Below are positions 1-6,730 of a stretch of DNA of 64,000 nt, piece by piece. The notes beneath the pieces were generated by a model that worked only from the letters and a program-made list of their open reading frames with translations, had not been told where the DNA came from and did not search any database. Positions within the stretch are counted from its first letter, which is position 1. The number at the start of each line of letters is the position of its first letter. Location: IMG/VR virus record IMGVR_UViG_3300025865_000006, positions 1-64,000 of that record. One strand, written 5' to 3'. Source of the DNA: a virus. The translations under genes and the position numbers were made by a program.

Positions 1-57
1 GGCTATGCCGAAAAGGCCGGCATGACCAACACCGTCGTGAACAACGTAAGCGCATAG
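1..57 (+). CDS. 3' end of a CDS truncated by the window edge
   Basis: Open frame GYAEKAGMTNTVVNNVSA* ending TAG at 55-57. Confidence 0.4.
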   Translation, partial: GYAEKAGMTNTVVNNVSA

Positions 58-244
58 GCGCTCTTGGAGGTTATCGTGCGCTTCAAAATAAGAGATAAAA
101 GTGAGTTGAAGTGCTCACTCTGTTTATGTTATAGTATGTATGTGGGATGAGAGAGCCGCAGTTGCAAATGGTTGAGTGCCTTTCTTCCACAACTAGATGC
201 CATATCTTTTGTTTGTTTTTCAACGGGCGAGGGTATGGCTTTAT

Positions 245-321
245 GGCCTCGTATCCCAATCGGTAGAGGAACCAGACTTAAAATCTGCACAGTGACAGTT
301 CGAATCTGTCCGAGGCTACCA
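245..321 (+). tRNA. trnL: tRNA-Leu(TAA), short variable loop
   Basis: GGCCTCG/CGAGGCT acceptor, loop CTTAAAA, T-arm GACAG-TTCGAAT-CTGTC, ACCA end. Confidence 0.85.
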
Positions 322-340
322 AATTTTGGAGGTAATTTAA

Positions 341-523
341 ATGGCTAATGTACAAACCGAAGCTGGTAAGAAATGGCTAAAAGATTTTCAAGGCTCAGAA
401 AAGCAAATGCGAGATAGAATTATCGCAATTGAGGATGAAATAAGACTAAAGGTATTAGCAGAAACTAGCCCATATCAGCATCAACAAGGCAATCCCCAAG
501 GGGGGCCAAGGAATAATCCGTAA
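341..523 (+). CDS. hypothetical protein
   Basis: GGAGGT RBS; stop abuts next ATG. Confidence 0.7.
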   Translation: MANVQTEAGKKWLKDFQGSEKQMRDRIIAIEDEIRLKVLAETSPYQHQQGNPQGGPRNNP

Positions 524-1075
524 ATGATCAAGTTAGACATAGGAAGCGGGGGTAAATCATCAGATTCCTCTTTTATAGGTATTGATGCATTTACCGAAGC
601 AGATGTAAATGCTCTTATGTGGGATTTACCCTATAAAGATGGGGAAGTTGATGTTATATATTGTGATAATGCACTAGAGCACGTATCTAAGTTTGAGATT
701 GTGCCCACTTTACGTGAGTGGAAACGGGTATTAAAAGTAGGGGGCAAGTTAGAGATAGTTGTTCCTGATTTAGAATGGGCCTGTGCTTGGTGGTTAAAGC
801 ACCAGCAAACTGATTGGAGTATGGATATTCTCTTTGGTAATCAGCGTCATGAGGGAGAGTTTCATAAGACAGGTTTTACTGTTGATATCATGCACCAGTA
901 TTTGGAAGTGTGCCGGGGATTTGAAATCAAGGATATCAAGTACATGGGTACTACTGTAGCAGATATCATGAATGATACGTTTCCAGCACTTGGTCCACAG
1001 GATGGATATCCTGAAAGCTTTATAAGAGTGACACAAAGATGCTTTGATTTTGAGATATTAAGGGTTACAGAATAA
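524..1075 (+). CDS. class I SAM-dependent methyltransferase (Methyltransf_11-like)
   Basis: LDIGSG motif I, DLPYKDGEVDVIY, LEHV, RVLKVGGKL. Confidence 0.85.
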   Translation: MIKLDIGSGGKSSDSSFIGIDAFTEADVNALMWDLPYKDGEVDVIYCDNALEHVSKFEIVPTLREWKRVLKVGGKLEIVVPDLEWACAWWLKHQQTDWSMDILFGNQRHEGEFHKTGFTVDIMHQYLEVCRGFEIKDIKYMGTTVADIMNDTFPALGPQDGYPESFIRVTQRCFDFEILRVTE

Positions 1076-1090
1076 AAACAGTTGAAAGAC

Positions 1091-1175
1091 GGTCCGGTGG
1101 TGGAATGGTATACACACCTGATTCAAAATCAGGCGCTTAAAATGCATGAGAGTTCGAATCTCTCTCGGACTACCA
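1091..1175 (+). tRNA. trnL: tRNA-Leu(CAA)
   Basis: CCTGA-TTCAAAA-TCAGG anticodon arm, long variable arm, ACCA. Confidence 0.9.
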
Positions 1176-1193
1176 AAATTAGAGGATGATAAA

Positions 1194-1331
1194 ATGGAGT
1201 TTCAGCAGTTATCAATGTTTAACCTAAAGTCGGTAGTAACATCGGTAACAAAAGCAGAAATTCAGCCAAAGAAAAAAAGAGTTGTTAAAAAGCAACTGAA
1301 AGTTTGGCCTGATCTTAGGAGAGGAACGTAG
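1194..1331 (+). CDS. small basic hypothetical protein
   Basis: GAGGA RBS before ATG 1194; track start 1146 lies inside the tRNA. Confidence 0.55.
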   Translation: MEFQQLSMFNLKSVVTSVTKAEIQPKKKRVVKKQLKVWPDLRRGT

Positions 1332-1388
1332 TAGAGCATACTTAGCCCATTGTGGCTAACCAAAAGGTCAAGGAGTAACTTAAACTGT

Positions 1389-1465
1389 GGTTTCGTAGCC
1401 CAACTGGTAGAGGCGCTTGCCTTAGGAGCAAGTTAGTGAGAGTTCGAATCTCTCCGAAACCACCA
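1389..1465 (+). tRNA. trnL: tRNA-Leu(TAG), short variable loop
   Basis: GGTTTCG/CGAAACC acceptor, CTTGC-CTTAGGA-GCAAG, ACCA. Confidence 0.88.
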
Positions 1466-1491
1466 TTTTACCATGCTCGGAGTTGAGGTAA

Positions 1492-2046
1492 GTGCCCATT
1501 GAGAACAATAAAGATTACAAAGAAGACACAGTTGATACACAAAATTACGTAGATAGAAGAATAATTCACGAAAGGGAGCTTACTGATGCAAGGGATAAGT
1601 TTATAGACGAGAAACTTAGCTCTATTGAAGAGGCCCGTCGTCTTGCTAAAATAGAGCAAGATCGTAGACTCGATACTATGAATGAGTTTCGTGGACAACT
1701 TAAGGATCAAGCAGCTACTTTTATAACAAAAGATGCTGTAGAAGCTAAGCTTACTAGTGTAGAACTTGAAATAGATACTTTAAGTAAAGACTCTAATAAA
1801 TATATGACCGTTGAGAGATTTGATCAGTCGCATAAAGCTTTAATAGAAAAAATAGAGAGTAAGTTTGAGGTTTATGATAGTAAACTTTTAAATGAAGAAA
1901 AGGTTACAATTAGACAGGACGCTACGCAACAATTATTAGATAAACTTGCTGTTAATAGCCGTTGGCTAATTGGTTTATCTATCGCTACAGCTATATCACT
2001 TGCTGGTCTTTTGGTTGCTGTGATAAAGATATTTGCGGGAGTTTAA
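1492..2046 (+). CDS. coiled-coil protein with C-terminal transmembrane helix
   Basis: GAGGT RBS + GTG; charged helical body, hydrophobic tail WLIGLSIATAISLAGLLVAVI. Confidence 0.75.
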   Translation: MPIENNKDYKEDTVDTQNYVDRRIIHERELTDARDKFIDEKLSSIEEARRLAKIEQDRRLDTMNEFRGQLKDQAATFITKDAVEAKLTSVELEIDTLSKDSNKYMTVERFDQSHKALIEKIESKFEVYDSKLLNEEKVTIRQDATQQLLDKLAVNSRWLIGLSIATAISLAGLLVAVIKIFAGV

Positions 2047-2051
2047 TATAT

Positions 2052-2129
2052 GCGCCTGTAGCTCAACGGACTAGAGCAGGACGGTTCTAACGTCAAGGTT
2101 TGAAGGTTCGAATCCTTTCAGGCGCGCCA
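2052..2129 (+). tRNA. trnR: tRNA-Arg(TCT)
   Basis: GCGCCTG/CAGGCGC, loop GTTCTAA, GCCA. Confidence 0.85.
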
Positions 2130-2147
2130 AACCTTCGGGGGTATAAA

Positions 2148-2342
2148 ATGATACTAGATACAGTTAATAATCAACTCCTGTTAAATAGGTATGACCTTGC
2201 TTGTAAAGAGATACGGGAATGTAAAGCCAAGGATAATGGTGGATCAGCAGCAGAGATACGTTTTGGTAAGTCCTATCAGAATTTAGTGAGAGCAGGATTA
2301 GCAATGCAGATTAAATCTAAGTATAGGAGCCATAATGGTTAG
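2148..2342 (+). CDS. hypothetical protein
   Basis: ATG 2148 after GGGGG; overlaps next start. Confidence 0.6.
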   Translation: MILDTVNNQLLLNRYDLACKEIRECKAKDNGGSAAEIRFGKSYQNLVRAGLAMQIKSKYRSHNG

Positions 2343-2538
2343 TCTAGTAAGGGATGGAAGGCTTGTTTGGCCCTACTGCGTAGAGTGTGGTTGTAGATTA
2401 GACTTTAGGGTAATGGATGAGTGGACTTGGTTAATGCATTATGGACGTGGCCTTGTAGACCCAAGAGGCCATATGTGCAATAAGATTTTGGAAACTGCAT
2501 GGGTTGAAACAGACTCAATATATCAGGGTGTAGTGTAA
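2335..2538 (+). CDS. small CxxC zinc-binding hypothetical protein
   Basis: AGGAG RBS; CVECG; stop lies inside tRNA-Pro. Confidence 0.65.
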   Translation: MVSLVRDGRLVWPYCVECGCRLDFRVMDEWTWLMHYGRGLVDPRGHMCNKILETAWVETDSIYQGVV

Positions 2539-2598
2539 AGGACTGCACATGACGTTTGGGGCGTTACAGAGAAGGTTCGATTCCTTTCACCTTGACCA
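2524..2598 (+). tRNA. trnP: tRNA-Pro(TGG)
   Basis: CAGGGTG/CACCTTG, TGACG-TTTGGGG-CGTTA, ACCA. Confidence 0.88.
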
Positions 2599-2745
2599 TT
2601 TTAATATAAGGAGGTTGTAACCTGAATTTAGCCCAATATTGGGTGCAAATCAGCAGTAATAATTATGGTAAAGAAACGAAGAATGCGTACTTCGTGGTTA
2701 TTCGCGGCAAAGATAACCGGGAACTTTCCCTTCGACTTTCATTTC

Positions 2746-3018
2746 ATGTGGGATGAACGGACCAATCAGATTCAATGCTCATATTGTGGAAGATTCCTTC
2801 CGCAGGATGAGGTAACGAGGGATCATGTATACCCTAAGAGTTTGGAAGGTACGTATACAACACCGAGTTGTAATCCCTGCAATATTGCCAAGGAGAATAA
2901 ATTGCCTATAGAATGGGCGGTATTTGCAACAGAGAATGGGATTGCGTTTGGAAAGGTATGGGTATCTAAAAGCAGAATAAAAAGGGAACAAGAACAACAA
3001 AGCGCCATTAATGTCTAA
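2746..3018 (+). CDS. HNH endonuclease (start 2665 or 2746)
   Basis: CSYCG...TRDHVYPKS...SCNPCNIAK. Confidence 0.85.
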   Translation: MWDERTNQIQCSYCGRFLPQDEVTRDHVYPKSLEGTYTTPSCNPCNIAKENKLPIEWAVFATENGIAFGKVWVSKSRIKREQEQQSAINV

Positions 3019-3077
3019 CGGCAGCATGTCAGTCTTCCAAATTGAATGTGTCGGTTCGAATCCGGCATGGCGCACCA
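3002..3077 (+). tRNA. trnG: tRNA-Gly(TCC)
   Basis: GCGCCAT/ATGGCGC, loop CTTCCAA, ACCA. Confidence 0.85.
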
Positions 3078-3079
3078 AT

Positions 3080-3154
3080 ACTGTAGTAATATAACGGTTA
3101 TTATATTGGCTTGCCAAGTCGAAGATCGGGGTTCGACTCCCCGTTACAGTACCA
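3080..3154 (+). tRNA. trnG: tRNA-Gly(GCC)
   Basis: ACTGTAG/TTACAGT, loop TTGCCAA, CGGGG-TTCGACT-CCCCG, ACCA. Confidence 0.85.
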
Positions 3155-3161
3155 AACCCGC

Positions 3162-3235
3162 ATGGTGATGGTGTAATGGAAACATGATAGTCTCCAAAAC
3201 TATTGATCAGAGTTCGAGTCTCTGTCGCCATGCCA
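3162..3235 (+). tRNA. trnW: tRNA-Trp(CCA)
   Basis: ATGGTGA/TCGCCAT, ATAGT-CTCCAAA-ACTAT, GCCA. Confidence 0.88.
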
Positions 3236-3260
3236 AACTATAGAAAGCGAACAGTTATAT

Positions 3261-3335
3261 GCCGAGGTAGCTCATTGGTAGAGCGGTGGTTTGAAGGTCC
3301 GCGCGTAGTCAGTTCGATTCTGACTCTTGGCACCA
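3261..3335 (+). tRNA. trnF: tRNA-Phe(GAA)
   Basis: GCCGAGG/TCTTGGC, loop TTGAAGG, ACCA. Confidence 0.85.
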
Positions 3336-3356
3336 AATTTAAAGCGAGGTAAGGAA

Positions 3357-3689
3357 ATGGGAAACTATGATTATAGCTATACAATAAATAGTGATAGTGG
3401 AAAAGAAACACTGGTTACAAATAGTCTTACAGTAGATAGTACCTCTGGCACTTCAACTAGTTGTACCGTTTATGGGTGTGGTTGTACTGGATGGCATTAT
3501 TGGTATCCATATACTTATGGTTATACTACCCCTACTACTAAGTATTTATATCAAATCTTTTGCCCCAAGCCGTTATGCCCTGGAAAGTTTTGGGCCGAAT
3601 TAAATGAAGTTAAAGCTTGCCCAGTCTGCAAGTCTAGAATTAAGGTAACAGATAAAGAAAGTGATTATGAGGTAGCAGTTACAAAGTAA
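3357..3689 (+). CDS. Cys-rich zinc-ribbon hypothetical protein
   Basis: GAGGT/AAGGA RBS; CPKPLC and CPVC pairs. Confidence 0.65.
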   Translation: MGNYDYSYTINSDSGKETLVTNSLTVDSTSGTSTSCTVYGCGCTGWHYWYPYTYGYTTPTTKYLYQIFCPKPLCPGKFWAELNEVKACPVCKSRIKVTDKESDYEVAVTK

Positions 3690-3693
3690 AAGC

Positions 3694-3768
3694 GCTGGCG
3701 TGTAGAAAGTCCGTAACATTTATCGGCATAGCGGTAGACAGTCCGACGTGCTCTGGATAGGGGCCAGT
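3694..3768 (+). ncRNA. candidate structured RNA with two tandem hairpin units
   Basis: Closing stem GCTGGC/GCCAGT around two GTAGA(A/C)AGTCCG...GG(C)ATAG units. Confidence 0.4.
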
Positions 3769-3774
3769 AATTAT

Positions 3775-3849
3775 GGGCCGGTAACTCAATGGCAGAGTAA
3801 GGGACTTTTAATCCATAAGTTGGGAGTTCGATTCTCCCGCGGCTCACCA
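3775..3849 (+). tRNA. trnK: tRNA-Lys(TTT)
   Basis: Loop CTTTTAA, GGGAG-TTCGATT-CTCCC, ACCA. Confidence 0.85.
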
Positions 3850-3940
3850 AAAACTTTATTAGGTTTACATGCGAAAGAGACGATAAGGGTGCCACGCCTA
3901 TCGGGTAGAAGAAAGATGTAAATAGGGTCTACCAACTATT

Positions 3941-4017
3941 GGGCCAGTAGTTCAAATGGATGAACGACGGACTCTTAATCCGTGCGCATGAGGGTTCAAG
4001 TCCCTTCTGGCTCACCA
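3941..4017 (+). tRNA. trnK: tRNA-Lys(CTT)
   Basis: GGGCCAG/CTGGCTC, ACGGA-CTCTTAA-TCCGT, ACCA. Confidence 0.9.
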
Positions 4018-4037
4018 AACTTCTTGGAGGTAACAAA

Positions 4038-4106
4038 ATGGAGCTATTAGTAATAGTCTTAATTCTCTTACTTGTCTTCGGTGGATTTGGAATTTCACGA
4101 AGATAA
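4038..4106 (+). CDS. 22-aa single-pass membrane peptide
   Basis: GGAGGT RBS; MELLVIVLILLLVFGGFGISRR*. Confidence 0.65.
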   Translation: MELLVIVLILLLVFGGFGISRR

Positions 4107-4112
4107 TAACTT

Positions 4113-4188
4113 GGTGTTCTTAGTGTAATGGTTAGCACTTTAGTCTGTGGCACTAACAGTACGGGTTCAAGTCCCGTAGATCACCCCA
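4113..4188 (+). tRNA. trnH: tRNA-His(GTG)
   Basis: G-1:C73, TTAGT-CTGTGGC-ACTAA, CCCA. Confidence 0.9.
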
Positions 4189-4192
4189 ATAT

Positions 4193-4268
4193 CCCGCTGT
4201 AGTATAACGGTCTAGTACGTTTGACTGTCGATCATAAAGCGCCGGTTCGACTCCGGTCAGTGGGACCA
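4193..4268 (+). tRNA. trnD: tRNA-Asp(GTC)
   Basis: CCCGCTG/CAGTGGG, loop CTGTCGA, ACCA. Confidence 0.85.
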
Positions 4269-4288
4269 AATTTTTATAGAGGATTAAA

Positions 4289-4495
4289 ATGGCTAAATGG
4301 TCTTTAGAAGAAGTCACTGCAAAAGTAGACTGGGAAGGTGGAGTTTACTCAGCTTTGCAGTGGGGTCTTAAATCGAGTGATATAGCGGATGAAGAGTTAT
4401 CGCCCCTTTGGGCTAAAATAGAGGAAGTCCTTCCTATTTTTGATAGGATAGAAGAAATCTTATCCGTTGTAACTATACCAGATGAATTATTATAG
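4289..4495 (+). CDS. hypothetical protein
   Basis: GAGGA RBS, 68 aa between tRNAs. Confidence 0.7.
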   Translation: MAKWSLEEVTAKVDWEGGVYSALQWGLKSSDIADEELSPLWAKIEEVLPIFDRIEEILSVVTIPDELL

Positions 4496-4568
4496 CCCTG
4501 TAGTTTAACGGTTAGAACGCTACTCTGATAAAGTAAAAATACAAGTTCGATTCTCGTTGGGGCTACCA
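4494..4568 (+). tRNA. trnI: tRNA-Ile(GAT)
   Basis: AGCCCTG/TGGGGCT, TACT-CTGATAA-AGTA, ACCA. Confidence 0.8.
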
Positions 4569-4572
4569 CCTT

Positions 4573-4647
4573 CCGCTTATCGTCTAATGGTGAGGACGGT
4601 TGCTTCTCAGGCAGCAAATCAGAGTTCAATTCTCTGTGAGCGGACCA
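4573..4647 (+). tRNA. trnE: tRNA-Glu(CTC)
   Basis: CCGCTTA/TGAGCGG, GTTGC-TTCTCAG-GCAGC, ACCA. Confidence 0.85.
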
Positions 4648-4651
4648 TCGC

Positions 4652-4725
4652 TGGCCCATCGTTTAATGGTAGGACGATTGGCTCTGGACCAATAAATTGA
4701 GGTTCGAATCCTTGTAGGCCAGCCA
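4652..4725 (+). tRNA. trnQ: tRNA-Gln(CTG)
   Basis: TGGCCCA/TAGGCCA, ATTGG-CTCTGGA-CCAAT, GCCA. Confidence 0.88.
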
Positions 4726-4809
4726 AAAATTATGCCGAAGATAGTCTGTATGAAAGCTCTTGAAAGATGGCTATAAGGTAGCGGGGGCCTTGTCACACAC
4801 CCACATAAT

Positions 4810-4886
4810 GCGCTTGTAGCACAATGGATTTAGTGTAAGAGAGTTCGATCCTCTTGATGCGGGTTCGAATCCTGCCAAGCGCGCCA
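4810..4886 (+). tRNA. trnR: tRNA-Arg(TCG)
   Basis: GCGCTTG/CAAGCGC, loop GTTCGAT, GCCA. Confidence 0.82.
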
Positions 4887-4922
4887 AACTTTTAGTAAGG
4901 CACAGGGGGTTGCTAATGACAA

Positions 4923-5648
4923 ATGGTAAAGGTATATTACTGGAAGAATAGAAAAAATTTTGGCGATCTTTTAACCTCCTTATTATTAACTAGATTTGCA
5001 CATTTAGATTCCGAGTGGTCTGAACCTGAGTATGCAGAATTGGTTATGGCTGGTTCTGTAATGGACAGACTTCCCAATGAGTGGGAAGGGGTTATTGCAG
5101 GGGCCGGAAAGTTACACGAGAAAACAGAACGTACCTTTCCAAATGCTAAAATTCTAGCAGCACGCGGACCCCTTTCGGCAAAGGGGCTAAAGGGAAATTT
5201 TGTTCTAGCTGATATCGGTTTATTAGCAGATGAGCTAGTACCAAGGGGAGAAAAGAAATATAACCTTGGACTTGTTCCACATTGGACAGATAATGTATTA
5301 GAACATGATCCTAGATTTATTAAGTTTAATCCTAAGATCATCCGCGTTGCAGACGATCCTCTAGATGTTATAAGAGAGATAGGGGAATGTAAAAAGATAG
5401 TTAGTTCATCTTTACACGGAATTATTTTAGCAGACGCCTTTGGTATACCGAGAAGAATTGAAATTGCTCCTAGAATATTAAGCCATGCACATCAAGAGGG
5501 TGGCTTATTTAAATGGTATGACTACTCAGCCTCCTTGAATATGCCCCTAGAAATAGGCTTGACACAAGAGGTAGATAGGAATATAGTAATGGAAAAGGAG
5601 TATGAGTTGTTTGATGTTATGGAAGAAGTTAAAGGGATACTTGGTTAG
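4923..5648 (+). CDS. polysaccharide pyruvyltransferase-like protein (ExoV-like)
   Basis: NFGDLL, GS, ARGPLS, LGLVPHW, VSSSLHGIILADAFGIP. Confidence 0.85.
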   Translation: MVKVYYWKNRKNFGDLLTSLLLTRFAHLDSEWSEPEYAELVMAGSVMDRLPNEWEGVIAGAGKLHEKTERTFPNAKILAARGPLSAKGLKGNFVLADIGLLADELVPRGEKKYNLGLVPHWTDNVLEHDPRFIKFNPKIIRVADDPLDVIREIGECKKIVSSSLHGIILADAFGIPRRIEIAPRILSHAHQEGGLFKWYDYSASLNMPLEIGLTQEVDRNIVMEKEYELFDVMEEVKGILG

Positions 5649-5649
5649 G

Positions 5650-6510
5650 ATGTTTAGAAGATTTTTAGAGTTTTTTAGGTTTGGGGACTGGCGTCATGAG
5701 GAACCCCATAAGCATTATGAACGTCCCAAGATAAGTTTACTTATACCCTTTACTACTAAAAGTGCTGAGAGAAAAGCCGAATTTAAATGGCTTCTTAAAT
5801 ATTGGAGGCACGAACTTCCAGATGCAGAGATTATAGTTGGCGAATCCCACAATAAAGTATTCTGTAAAGGCGAAGCATTAAATCAAGCAGCTAGAAAATC
5901 AACTGGAAAAGTTCTAGTAATTCTTGATGCCGATGCCTATATATCGGGAAGAGTTATTGAACGATGTGCTAACCGAATTCTTGAAGAGATGCAAGACCAT
6001 CTATGGTATGTTCCATACCGTCATTTATACCGTTTAAAAAGGGAAGCGAGTAAAAAGATTATAGCTTCTGATCCAGAGCACCCTCTTAGATTACCTTCAC
6101 CCCCATTGATGGAAGATGTTGAAAATGGTAAACAGAGTAATTATGGTCATCGTTATGGCGCAATGATTATGATCTTTCCTAGAGAGGCGCTTGACGCGGT
6201 AGGTGGATGCTTTGATGAACGATTCAAAGGATGGGGCGGGGAGGATGTAGCATTACTTAGGGCACTAGATACCCTATATGGAAAACACAAGACTGTTAAT
6301 ACTGATATAATTCATCTCTGGCATCCTGTTATTGGGGATAGTTATAAGACCCGAATTTGGAAAGGCCAGAAAGGGTCGCAACCTAATAGTAACTTAGCAA
6401 TGGCTTATCATAGAGCTACAAGAAAGCCCGATCAGATGAGGGCGCTAGTAGAAGTAGGGTGTAGATATAGTAAACGTGGTCATTCTAGATTTAATCGAAA
6501 AGGTAAATAA
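5650..6510 (+). CDS. GT-A glycosyltransferase (GT2/GT7-like)
   Basis: ISLLIPF, KGEALN, ILDAD (DxD), FDERFKGWGGED, HLWH. Confidence 0.9.
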   Translation: MFRRFLEFFRFGDWRHEEPHKHYERPKISLLIPFTTKSAERKAEFKWLLKYWRHELPDAEIIVGESHNKVFCKGEALNQAARKSTGKVLVILDADAYISGRVIERCANRILEEMQDHLWYVPYRHLYRLKREASKKIIASDPEHPLRLPSPPLMEDVENGKQSNYGHRYGAMIMIFPREALDAVGGCFDERFKGWGGEDVALLRALDTLYGKHKTVNTDIIHLWHPVIGDSYKTRIWKGQKGSQPNSNLAMAYHRATRKPDQMRALVEVGCRYSKRGHSRFNRKGK

Positions 6511-6515
6511 TCATA

Positions 6516-6633
6516 GGGGTGTGCGAAGCTAATAACTTCCTCCGTAGAGTCTAGTCAGGACTTATACTAGAACGAGCCGGGTGTACAACAACTGTCAACA
6601 GTAATGACTATCTTAGGCTGGTTAGTCGCCCCA
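6516..6633 (+). ncRNA. candidate structured RNA
   Basis: GGGGTG/CGCCCC closing stem, internal TCTAGT/ACTAGA hairpin, no RBS-led ORF seen. Confidence 0.35.
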
Positions 6634-6642
6634 ATAAAATTA

Positions 6643-6728
6643 GGATCGGTTGAGCAATTGGCTGGCTCGCCTGACTGTAAATCAGGTCCCTTTAGGGCGT
6701 GTAGGTTCAAGTCCTATCCGGTCCACCA
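6643..6728 (+). tRNA. trnY: tRNA-Tyr(GTA)
   Basis: GGATCGG/CCGGTCC, CCTGA-CTGTAAA-TCAGG, long variable arm, ACCA. Confidence 0.9.
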
Positions 6729-6730
6729 AT

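Noticed and set aside
1117-1133. TTCAAAA loop read as a TCA (Sec or opal suppressor) anticodon
   Set aside because: In the 7-nt loop positions 34-36 are CAA, the body is Leu-like, and genes end normally at TGA
76-2756. Two small ORFs both ending in ATGTGGGATGA (about 140 and 2746), suggesting readthrough or a shared element
   Set aside because: Only an 11-mer match with no further similarity; compatible with chance
3702-3713. GAAAGTCCG resembles the RNase P RNA P4 motif
   Set aside because: No matching 3' P4 strand and the element is only 75 nt
4741-4775. CTGTATGA...GAAA resembles a hammerhead core
   Set aside because: Extra base in the core, marginal stem II, no stem III or cleavage triplet
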